Source: a virus (Duplodnaviria; Caudoviricetes). From it: 64,000 nt of DNA. This document shows positions 47,579 to 56,283 of the stretch, in pieces. A program made the position numbers and the translations under genes. Each line of letters begins with the position of its first letter. The first letter of the stretch is position 1. The DNA lies in the IMG/VR virus record IMGVR_UViG_3300009285_001197, positions 1,316-65,315 of that record; one strand, 5' to 3'. Below the pieces are notes generated by a model, which was not told the origin of the DNA, ran no database searches, and saw nothing but the letters and a program-made list of their open reading frames with translations.

Positions 47579-47747
47579 TGTGGGCAAAGCTGCCCACTCT
47601 TAACCACTCTCACCTATCTGATGACCACTCTGATGAACTTAAGTCTTTGTTTTTATTACGAACCTTAGTCACGATAGGATTATCCCATGTTCCAAACAAA
47701 CCCACATTATCAATGAGTTATTTTCAAATGTGGGCTTAGAGTGGGCA
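47565..47747. other. Candidate attP with arm-type repeats and IHF site
   Basis: AATGTGGGC(A) at 47565, 47577 and 47727; AGAGTGGGCA at 47738 with an inverse copy at 47591; IHF consensus match TATCAATGAGTTA at 47708-47720; adjacent to int at the convergence of the two arms. Confidence 0.7.
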
Positions 47748-47751
47748 GTGA

Positions 47752-47925
47752 CTATTTTCTAGGCATCCGTCGTTTAACGCTTTGGTAGACTTCCTGAACA
47801 GTGAAGCCCTGGGCTGCAGCCTCATCCATCAGCTTGTTGAACCACTCCTGATAAGCCTCCTTGCGTTTCTCTGCAATCTGCTTATCAAGAGCGTCACGTT
47901 GGCGAATCATTTCGGCATAGTCCAT
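47752..47925 (-). CDS. Truncated H-NS-like protein (oligomerisation domain only)
   Basis: MDYAEMIRQRDALDKQIAEKRKEA...AAAQGFTVQEV resembles the beta-proteobacterial H-NS N-terminus; no C-terminal DNA-binding motif. AGGAG RBS and TGgTAAGAT extended -10. Confidence 0.6.
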   Translation of the reverse strand: MDYAEMIRQRDALDKQIAEKRKEAYQEWFNKLMDEAAAQGFTVQEVYQSVKRRMPRK

Positions 47926-47982
47926 TTTTAATCTCCTGTACATTACGGGGGAGATTATCTTACCACGGCGAATAGCCCCGAA

Positions 47983-50900
47983 CTATGACCCCCAGTTCAT
48001 ACCTTTCAAAGCCATCTGCAAAGGCCCGACAGCTACCGCATCCTTCACTGTCTCACCAAACGGCTGGGTAGTAGCATCTGCTACCTGTTCTGCCATCGGC
48101 CCGAGAATACCTGACGGTCCATACTCTGCCGCGTCAACACCCATTTGCCCCACGCCCAGCAAACCAGCACGCTGCACGCCGTGTACCACCACCCCACCCA
48201 AAGATTCGTGGGTCCAGGCCGGAGCGCCCGCCCCCATCGCTTCCTGCAGCAGACCTTTTGCTGCGTCGGCAGCCAGCATCGTCGGGACGAAGCCTGCCAT
48301 GAGAATCATCAGCGGGTCAGTGTTGCCATTCTTCACCTCCACCTGCACACGTTTTAACAAGACAGCCTGGGCTGCGTACATAAACTGTTTGAGATGATAG
48401 AACGTCGCGTAGTGTGGGTCGCTCGACATGCTTGGTCGGATTGCAGCATTCGGACGCATGATGGCACCGTCCACCCACAACATGATGGCACGCTGTATCT
48501 GTGGACTTTCGATGTTCAAGGAACCATCCTCGCCAATCTTCACATCGTCGCGGCTGATCGTCAGCTCTTTCCAGTAGCGCTCGGAGTGCTCGTTGGGCTT
48601 CTCATAGTGACGCTTGATGAAGCTGATGGCCGCCTGTGTGGCTTGCACGCGCATGGCCTTGTTGAAAGACTCCATACCGTTCCAGCGGAAGAAGCTGTCG
48701 TTCCAGTTCCGCGCCCACTCGGGCAGGTACTGGGAACCATACAGGCTGCCGATGGTATTCATGAAGCCAGCACTGTCTACCGTACCGATCATCTCAGCCA
48801 CTCGCGTGGCCTCGTCGATATCACCAGGCTTCGCTTCGCGTAGACCGGTCAAAGCACCCCAGTTGCGCACCACGTCCCTCATACCACGCTTGAAAGCTTC
48901 GTAAGCGTCCTTCATTTCACCACCACGGACCATGATACCAAGCGGGTCGATGAAGTTTGCGAACAGGGAGTAGCCCAGCAGGCGAGTATTCGTATAGACG
49001 ATGGAGAAAGCGTTGGCCTTGCGTAGCAGCGGGCTGATGTCGGCACCGAGCGTACCTTCCATGGCCATGACTGCCTTACGCGCCGGTTCGAGTTTCTTCG
49101 TTGCGGCAGTGAGAATTTCCTTGCTTTCAACATCTTCACCCGCAAGTTTGCCAAGCTCATCCTGCCATGCAGCGACGTTGGTGGCTTTCGCCTTGGCTAC
49201 CGCACCTTCAACCTTGTACTTGTCCTTCATGATCTTGTCGATCTCGAATTCCCACGCTTCTTCCATGGCAGTCTGCAACACATCACCATCTGGGCCAAAG
49301 CGGTGACTGTACTCAGCACGCTTGGTAGCCTGGCCCACGTAGCTAGAGATGATCCGAGCCATGTCCTTCTGCTGGAACTCGTGAAACACACTCTGGTCAA
49401 TCCAGTGCAGCGTACGCTGGTTCACAGACTTCATCACTGGTGAGAAGCCCAGGGCGTTTTCGTTCTCTTGAAAATCCACCTGACCGTTAGCAGAAATGAT
49501 GCGGTTCATGATTGCCACAGCAACGTCGTCGGCAGTGACAGGCTTCGTGTCAGCTGTATCCAGCTTCGTCCAGCTGGCTGTGTACTTCCCAGCGTGCCCA
49601 CCCTTCGATACTTCATCGTTGGCCTGCTTGGCCACAGCTCCCAGCTCCTTGGCGTGGTGCTCGTGAAGCATCTTGATGAATTTTCCACTGTCGCTGATGA
49701 TCTTCGCCGCGTCCCACGACACCGGGAAGTAGCCCTTGATCTTGGCGATAGGAACCCACTTCTTGCTCTCTGCGTCGAAGCGCTGCACACCACGCTCACT
49801 GAGGTAGGTGTGCATCTTCTCGAACACATCCTTGGTGTTGTCGTAGATTCCCCTGACGACGGGGTCAACTGGGCGCTCACCTTTCTGCAGGTAGTCCAAC
49901 GCCATGCCCACGTCGGCTTTCGTACCGTTACGGAACACCGTGGAGAACTTATTCATCCACATGTTCTCGGCCTGGATGTGCGCGGCGATGTAGCCAATGT
50001 CTGCGTTCTGCGAGCCGGTCTTGTTGTTCATCAGTTGACCGATGCGAATCAGCGCAGGGTTCCCGCTTTCCACCAGCGCATTCTCAGCGAAGCCACCCCA
50101 CACCGCCACGTTGTCGAGCACCGGCTTCATCACCGTGCCGACTTTACGGATGTACTTCCCACGCGCTGCCTGGGTATCCAGTACACGGGCCATCGCGCTG
50201 CGGTTGGACATGTTGCCCCGGTCGAACTCCATCATGATTTCCAGCGCTTGCTTGTCAGCCGTCATCAGGCCGAAGACCTTGCGCACCATGTTAATGAGCT
50301 TGCGGAAGATCGTCTCGGTCTGTGGGCCGACGGTGAGCTTCCCCGCTGCCCAGAGCTGGTACATGTAGGCTACGCGCTCGGCAGGGTCTTTCTTCAGATC
50401 AGCCAGCACACCCGGCTCGTGCTGGAAGTGACGCTCCAGCGCACGGATGATCAGCTCGCTGTCGGCAGCCTGCTGCAGCACACCAGCTGCGTGGCCACGG
50501 TCATCATCCAGCAGGCGCTGGAAGAACTCGTGCATGGACTCGTGGTAAGCCATGGAGAGCGGGTCCAGCGCCTCAGTGGCTATACGGATGATGGCTTTGC
50601 CAGTCTTCGGATCACGCGACCAGGTAGCAGAGCCGCCTATGGTCTTGGTCGAGGCGAAGGCTGCATCGACCTCCTTGCCTATGCGCTTGTAGATGGCTTC
50701 GATGGCATCGACGTTCTTGGCGTTGTCGCCTTCGCGGCCTACGGCTTCGCGGTTGAAGCTGACGTAGTTGGTTTCGATGCGGCTATCGTCGTAGATGACA
50801 TAGTTCGGATGCTCATCGTTCCTACCATGGGCGGAAGCGTACTTATGGCCCATGATACCGAGGGACTGAAGGTAGTCTGAGGCTTTGGCTTGGGAGCCGA

Positions 50901-53900
50901 GGGCTTGTGTTAAAGCCTCGTAAATTATCTTACCTGTTGGTCCAACAGCATCGTTCTGAGCATTCATAAAAAATTCATTGAACGATTGCCTGGTGATTTC
51001 CCCAAACTCACCCATACCATACCCGTCGAGACCCGTTGTATCGTCCATGTCAACTACTTCTTTATCAAATTCGGGGCGAGTGTCCTCTGAGATTTTATAA
51101 AAAGCGTGGTCAAAAAATTTACTCTGCTCACTCAGCGGCTTGTCCCAGTCCATCAATTCTTCGGGCTTGATGTTTACAGAGACGTGGTATGTGGGTGACG
51201 CACCAGATATACCAGATAGAGCAGCGTTAAACTCAGTCATCCAGGCTGCTGTATCCTCACTAAAAGATTTTATTTCACTAATACTGTTCTGACTAAACGG
51301 CTTCATATGAGATTTATCAAGGTACGTATATTTAAGCCTATCGCCGTTGTCGATCCCAACTACAGGTATGGACTCGCTAAATGCTTTCTCTAAATTAACG
51401 TAAGTTTCGTTTGGAACATCTGACATTTCCAACTGATAAAAAAGCCCAGCGGTAGTTTGCATGCCAGGGTCTTCCCCATTAGGGTTTCCCACAAAACGCT
51501 CCATCTGCGAATTTTTATCTCTTGCGTAGGCGGTAAACTGCTTCTTGTAGCTCTTATGCACTCCGTCCGCTGTACTCAGGTACGTCCCTGCACCGTATGA
51601 GGAATTCCCCTCGCCCTTGCCAATGTGCGACCGCCAGTCAAACTTACCCTCGTGCTTGATAGGGCTGTCGTGCGTAGCTGGGAAGCCGTCCCGGTTAAGC
51701 GTTCTGTGGAGGTCAGTGGACTCGCGGTTGAACTTGACAGGTGGGGGCTTTTTCTCAGCAGGTTTCCCAGCGAGTTTTGCCGCTGCGCGGGCTTCTTGAA
51801 TCTTGCGCAGAGCGCTTGCTGGTTTCGCAGTAGCTTTACCCTTATCAATCTTTTCAACTATGCGTGTCGAGTCTGCGCCGTCAAATGCTGCAGCTACCGT
51901 ATTAGCAATAGTTTCGACCAGAGTCGTACGTTCAGCACCCAGCTTCTGCCCCTTAGCCTTCAGCACCTCGCGCTGCTCGCGCCACTTCTTGAGGTTCCCC
52001 TCGCGTACTGCGTTGACCCCCTCCTTAGCTTCGTACTCCTTGATCTTGTCGTTCAGTTCCTTGTAGTCCTTGCGCAGCTCGGTGATACGCTTGTCGAGCA
52101 GGCGCACGCGGCTGTCAGCACTGGGGGTGTCCTTGTCCTGCAGGGGTAGACCCGTCAGCTCATCGACGTAGCGCTCGGTGTCCTGGTACTTGCGCTCGGC
52201 AGCTTCAGCACGTTGGTCAGCATCATCAAGCTGGTTTGCAGGAACGTACTTGCGTCGAACCAGGTCGTCACCTTCTTTTGTTTTTGTCTCAACCTTATCA
52301 GCGAAGTTCTTACCGCTGGAAACAGCATGGCCAATATCACGAATCACTGCCCAAGCTTCGACCAGACCTTCCTGTGTCATGACCTTCGTCTTGACGATCC
52401 GGTCACTTCCTACAGGTGCGTCCTGGGCTTCCTTGGAGTTCTCAAAAACGTGCTTCACATCCGGCGCTGCCGACTGGGCAGCTTCCTTGGTGCGATGCAG
52501 GCTGTCTACATTCAGTTGACGACCTTCTAGCTGCGTACCCTTGCTCGAACCACGACCCTCACCACGCTCTGAGGCACGCGTGGCCCTGCCGTACTCATAA
52601 TCCTCAGCAGGGTTAACCATCTCCAGCACTGCCCACTTACCGTTCTTTCCGATAGCGCGTAGAGTCTGACCAGGCTTACCATGCTCCATGAACCACTTCT
52701 CACCGGCAGCTTGGTTGGGGAAGAAGCCTAGTTTACCGTTTGGCAGAGTGGAAACTTCTTCCACTGCGTGCGGCTTCCTTAGCTCATAAACACCGTACTC
52801 ACCCCTATCACCGTAGGGGAGAACAGCTTGGTTCCCCGCGCCGTACTTCTTGGTGACTGCTTTATCTGCACCAGCCTTGGTAGGAAACACCAGAGGGTCC
52901 CCGTACTCATCCGTAGACAAGCGCCATGCTGCGTCGGGGCGACTTTCATAAACTGCCCACTTATCTTTTCCGTGTTCAGCAACCATGGTCTTAGGCATGT
53001 CGCGAGACATCAAATCAGCGCCAGCCTTGCTGCTAAAGATCATCTCGATCTTTTGTTCGTTCCGCGCCACGCGCATCTCACCACTGCGTTCTTTACGAAC
53101 CTTCTTCGAACCTTCAGCGCGAGCCTCACCCAGCGTCAACACACCATCCTTCCCATGCCAGATAACGAAGTCGTCAGGGAGGTCTTTCATGCCGTTGATG
53201 ACCTTCATCTTCCCGTCAGGCATCTTCACCTGCATCTCACCGTGGAAGCCGTCAGACACCAGCAGCGACGTCAGCCCCGCAGCGAACATGTTGAGCTTGT
53301 CTTTCGCACCTGTCTGCTCACTCGTACCTTCGTCGAACGCACCACGACCTTTCTTCTCCCACATCTTCTCGATCAGCCGGTGAGCGGAGGTGATGAACTG
53401 CTCACCCTTCTTCACCTCTGGTGTAACCTCACCTGTTTCCTTGTTGATCTTCTCGGGGCTGCCTGGCGTGAGGTACAGCCGACCGTTGGCGATAGTGGAT
53501 ACGTCCTTCGAACCAATCTTCGTCACGTCCTGCCAGCTGCGCTTGTTCGGCTTCCCACCCTTCGTGGGAGGTATCTTCAGCTCTCTCGGGTCTATGTCCA
53601 CACCTTCTGCACCCTCGCCCATGCTCTTCTCGTGCGTAACCATCACCTTGAAGCGGTCGTCCAGGTACTTGCTGCTCTTGCCCTTGTGCTCAGCCTTGAG
53701 CTTGTCCAGCAGCGTGTAGTCCCCGGTGTCGTTGGCATGCTGTGCTACGCCAACGGTGTAGTGATCCACCACCTTCTTCCCGGTAGCGCGGTCGTCCTTC
53801 GTGGCCCAGCGCGAGGCGTCCAGGCCAGCTGCTTTGCGCTGGATGTGCCCCTCGGTATGAGGCAGGCTCATGTCGAACGGGTTGCCCGCCTCATCACCGA

Positions 53901-55845
53901 AGTGGTAGGCAGGCTTGTCCGTGTCGTCACTCAGGGGGTTGTCCCAGTCCCCCGACAGGTCAGCGTCGCTACCGGTGTCGTCGCTGTAGTTCGTGGTCTT
54001 GCCTCCCTCTTCCAGCACGTCACCGTCACCCAGCCGTGAGGTGCGTGGCAGACCTGGTTTGTACAGATCGCTAATCTGCTTGACGAAGCGCTCCTTGCTC
54101 GCTCCGAACAAATTGTGGAGCTGCATCTCGATACGTTTGTCCACCTTCCCGCTATGCAGGTAGTCGCGGGTCTTGTGGGCAATGTCGTTCAAATCTTCGG
54201 GCGAAATCGTGTCGTACATTGAAGGTGTAAGGTTGTCTCGCACAATGTTCGCGGCACTCTTGTGAGACTTCTGCTTCTCGCTGATGATCTGCGCGATCTC
54301 CCTCAGACGAATCTGGGTAGGAACATCAAACGTGCGACCTTTCCCCGCCTGCACGTTGGCGACTTCAAATGCCTTGGTGATAGCTGGCAGCGTCTGGTCA
54401 TCCAGCGCCTCGATTAACGAATCCGGCACGTTCACCGCTCCGTCCTTGTCCACGAAGCCTTGAGCCACGTACTGCTTGAGCGCGTACAGGGGCATGACCA
54501 GTTCTTCCGCGCCCAGGCCCGTCGGCTCTGAGAGCGCGCTGTGCATGGACTTGAAGAACTCGACATCCTGGGGTGTAAGCTCGCTGTTCTTCTTGATAGC
54601 ACCAGCCTTCTCACCCACGTAGGCTGAGAAGCGCCCCAGCGCATCCACCACGCGCTCTTTCTTCTGGCGCAGGTGGACGCCTTGCGTGAACGGCTTCCAC
54701 GCATCCACGTCGTCTGTTTCCAGCATGGACTGTGCAGCATGCTTGTCCTCGTTGGAGGCGTACTCATCGTCCAGAATCCGCTGGGCCATCTGCTTGGCCA
54801 GCGTGCTACGACGAGCACCGTCCTCGTCGAGGAACTTGTTCACACCGACCACGTCGCCCATGTCCATGCCACCAGGCGCTTCCTGCTCCTTCATCAGCTC
54901 GGAGAACTCAGGGTGCTGGGTATAGAACTCTGCAGGGGTCTTCATCAGGTCCGCAGCAGAGTCGTACGCACGGCCCACGGCTGGCGCGACGGTGTCCATA
55001 GCTGCGCGGCCTGCTTGCCCAGCCAGCGTGCCGCCTGCGCGAGCACCTTTGTCGAGGTAGTCGCGCGCCACGGCCAGTGGTGCATGCACTGCACCCATGC
55101 CAGCACCACCCACCGCCTCGCCCACACCAGCCTCGAAGGTCTGGCGCGGATTGTACTTCAGCGACGGGTCGAGCTGCATCAAGCTGCCCTGGCCCAGCAC
55201 GTCCGAACCAGCTGCGCCAGCACCCTCCAGCGCGGCGTCCGTGGCCAGCACCTTCCCGGCACGGCCCACAGCAGGCATCAGACCCGCTTTCACCACGGCG
55301 CTGGGCTTGAACACGCGGTTCGTCATCCAAGCTGGACCTACGCCTTCGAGACCAGCCTGCAGCGCACCGACGCCGGTAGCCCGGAGGCGCTTGTCACCCT
55401 CGCTCATTCCAGGCTGAGCCACGTCCAGCTCTTGCATGTGGCCACCGGCCATGATGGGCTGGTAGGCTGCTGTAGCACCGAGGTACGCACCACGAGCACC
55501 TGCAGCCAGCCGCCCTGCTACACCACCGGCCAGGCCGACAGGGAGGGATGCCGCTGCTGAACCCAGGTGGCCCGCCACGTACTGGGCACCCGTGCTGAAG
55601 TCGTCGATCTGGTCAGTGGTTTGTACGTCAGGTGCCCATCGAGCGGCTTCAGCCTGGTTCTGAGCAGCGGCGTCGTTGGCACCCACATAGCGCTGGACTG
55701 CGCCGACCTGGCTACTTACGGCGCTGTGGAGGCCGCGCCCGAAGGAGCCTGTATTCTCCACTGCGACCTGTTGGGGGTCGATCTCTTCGACAGGTGCCCA
55801 CAAGGGCTTACGGGTTAAGGTTGGTTGGTCCCAGAGTCCGGCCAT
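47983..55845 (-). CDS. Giant internal virion/ejection protein, polyvalent-type (ART-like and HExxH peptidase-like domains)
   Basis: ~2620 aa from MAGLWDQ. ATHDSP..KFDW..IGKGEGNSSYGAGTYLS...GIMGHKY...NYVIYDD module; YHESMHEFF zincin motif. Confidence 0.8.
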   Translation of the reverse strand: MAGLWDQPTLTRKPLWAPVEEIDPQQVAVENTGSFGRGLHSAVSSQVGAVQRYVGANDAAAQNQAEAARWAPDVQTTDQIDDFSTGAQYVAGHLGSAAASLPVGLAGGVAGRLAAGARGAYLGATAAYQPIMAGGHMQELDVAQPGMSEGDKRLRATGVGALQAGLEGVGPAWMTNRVFKPSAVVKAGLMPAVGRAGKVLATDAALEGAGAAGSDVLGQGSLMQLDPSLKYNPRQTFEAGVGEAVGGAGMGAVHAPLAVARDYLDKGARAGGTLAGQAGRAAMDTVAPAVGRAYDSAADLMKTPAEFYTQHPEFSELMKEQEAPGGMDMGDVVGVNKFLDEDGARRSTLAKQMAQRILDDEYASNEDKHAAQSMLETDDVDAWKPFTQGVHLRQKKERVVDALGRFSAYVGEKAGAIKKNSELTPQDVEFFKSMHSALSEPTGLGAEELVMPLYALKQYVAQGFVDKDGAVNVPDSLIEALDDQTLPAITKAFEVANVQAGKGRTFDVPTQIRLREIAQIISEKQKSHKSAANIVRDNLTPSMYDTISPEDLNDIAHKTRDYLHSGKVDKRIEMQLHNLFGASKERFVKQISDLYKPGLPRTSRLGDGDVLEEGGKTTNYSDDTGSDADLSGDWDNPLSDDTDKPAYHFGDEAGNPFDMSLPHTEGHIQRKAAGLDASRWATKDDRATGKKVVDHYTVGVAQHANDTGDYTLLDKLKAEHKGKSSKYLDDRFKVMVTHEKSMGEGAEGVDIDPRELKIPPTKGGKPNKRSWQDVTKIGSKDVSTIANGRLYLTPGSPEKINKETGEVTPEVKKGEQFITSAHRLIEKMWEKKGRGAFDEGTSEQTGAKDKLNMFAAGLTSLLVSDGFHGEMQVKMPDGKMKVINGMKDLPDDFVIWHGKDGVLTLGEARAEGSKKVRKERSGEMRVARNEQKIEMIFSSKAGADLMSRDMPKTMVAEHGKDKWAVYESRPDAAWRLSTDEYGDPLVFPTKAGADKAVTKKYGAGNQAVLPYGDRGEYGVYELRKPHAVEEVSTLPNGKLGFFPNQAAGEKWFMEHGKPGQTLRAIGKNGKWAVLEMVNPAEDYEYGRATRASERGEGRGSSKGTQLEGRQLNVDSLHRTKEAAQSAAPDVKHVFENSKEAQDAPVGSDRIVKTKVMTQEGLVEAWAVIRDIGHAVSSGKNFADKVETKTKEGDDLVRRKYVPANQLDDADQRAEAAERKYQDTERYVDELTGLPLQDKDTPSADSRVRLLDKRITELRKDYKELNDKIKEYEAKEGVNAVREGNLKKWREQREVLKAKGQKLGAERTTLVETIANTVAAAFDGADSTRIVEKIDKGKATAKPASALRKIQEARAAAKLAGKPAEKKPPPVKFNRESTDLHRTLNRDGFPATHDSPIKHEGKFDWRSHIGKGEGNSSYGAGTYLSTADGVHKSYKKQFTAYARDKNSQMERFVGNPNGEDPGMQTTAGLFYQLEMSDVPNETYVNLEKAFSESIPVVGIDNGDRLKYTYLDKSHMKPFSQNSISEIKSFSEDTAAWMTEFNAALSGISGASPTYHVSVNIKPEELMDWDKPLSEQSKFFDHAFYKISEDTRPEFDKEVVDMDDTTGLDGYGMGEFGEITRQSFNEFFMNAQNDAVGPTGKIIYEALTQALGSQAKASDYLQSLGIMGHKYASAHGRNDEHPNYVIYDDSRIETNYVSFNREAVGREGDNAKNVDAIEAIYKRIGKEVDAAFASTKTIGGSATWSRDPKTGKAIIRIATEALDPLSMAYHESMHEFFQRLLDDDRGHAAGVLQQAADSELIIRALERHFQHEPGVLADLKKDPAERVAYMYQLWAAGKLTVGPQTETIFRKLINMVRKVFGLMTADKQALEIMMEFDRGNMSNRSAMARVLDTQAARGKYIRKVGTVMKPVLDNVAVWGGFAENALVESGNPALIRIGQLMNNKTGSQNADIGYIAAHIQAENMWMNKFSTVFRNGTKADVGMALDYLQKGERPVDPVVRGIYDNTKDVFEKMHTYLSERGVQRFDAESKKWVPIAKIKGYFPVSWDAAKIISDSGKFIKMLHEHHAKELGAVAKQANDEVSKGGHAGKYTASWTKLDTADTKPVTADDVAVAIMNRIISANGQVDFQENENALGFSPVMKSVNQRTLHWIDQSVFHEFQQKDMARIISSYVGQATKRAEYSHRFGPDGDVLQTAMEEAWEFEIDKIMKDKYKVEGAVAKAKATNVAAWQDELGKLAGEDVESKEILTAATKKLEPARKAVMAMEGTLGADISPLLRKANAFSIVYTNTRLLGYSLFANFIDPLGIMVRGGEMKDAYEAFKRGMRDVVRNWGALTGLREAKPGDIDEATRVAEMIGTVDSAGFMNTIGSLYGSQYLPEWARNWNDSFFRWNGMESFNKAMRVQATQAAISFIKRHYEKPNEHSERYWKELTISRDDVKIGEDGSLNIESPQIQRAIMLWVDGAIMRPNAAIRPSMSSDPHYATFYHLKQFMYAAQAVLLKRVQVEVKNGNTDPLMILMAGFVPTMLAADAAKGLLQEAMGAGAPAWTHESLGGVVVHGVQRAGLLGVGQMGVDAAEYGPSGILGPMAEQVADATTQPFGETVKDAVAVGPLQMALKGMNWGS

Positions 55846-55919
55846 GGTGGTAGTCCTATCTGTCAGAGTTTGTTGGAGTTGATTACGAAAGTAAGTGCGC
55901 AGCTTTAGCTGCACAGTAC

Positions 55920-56249
55920 CTACTTAAACCAGCTTGTGGGGTGCTTCCATGATCGGCACACTGTGTTGCGCAGCCATGAGGCTTCGCGGGCTTGGTCATC
56001 TGGCAGAGTTGCGATGACCAACCAGCCGTCGACATTACGTAAACGAGGTTGAACACAGTCGAAAACAACCCTTGCAGGATGCTTTGACTCTATCGCCGTG
56101 GAACTACCAAGCACTGAGGCAAAATCCCCATTACGCTCGATGGAGTCTTTGTCATAGATCGCTGTGGTGGACCCTGGAATGTAGACAATGTTCTGAGCGA
56201 TCACTGGTGAGGCCAAGAACATTGTAATCAGTGCAAGTAGTTTTAACAT
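55920..56249 (-). CDS. Exported protein with signal peptide (moron-like)
   Basis: MLKLLALITMFLASPVIA-QN signal; AGGAGG RBS; TGcTATACT extended -10 at 56270-56278; two Cys. Confidence 0.65.
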   Translation of the reverse strand: MLKLLALITMFLASPVIAQNIVYIPGSTTAIYDKDSIERNGDFASVLGSSTAIESKHPARVVFDCVQPRLRNVDGWLVIATLPDDQAREASWLRNTVCRSWKHPTSWFK

Positions 56250-56283
56250 TGTGTCCTCCTATGCGCGGGAGTATAGCACGTTG

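Noticed and set aside
49468-55560. Long plus-strand ORFs (49468..50880, 52828..54039, 54673..55560)
   Set aside because: Antisense shadows of the GC-rich giant virion gene; no RBS or recognisable motifs.
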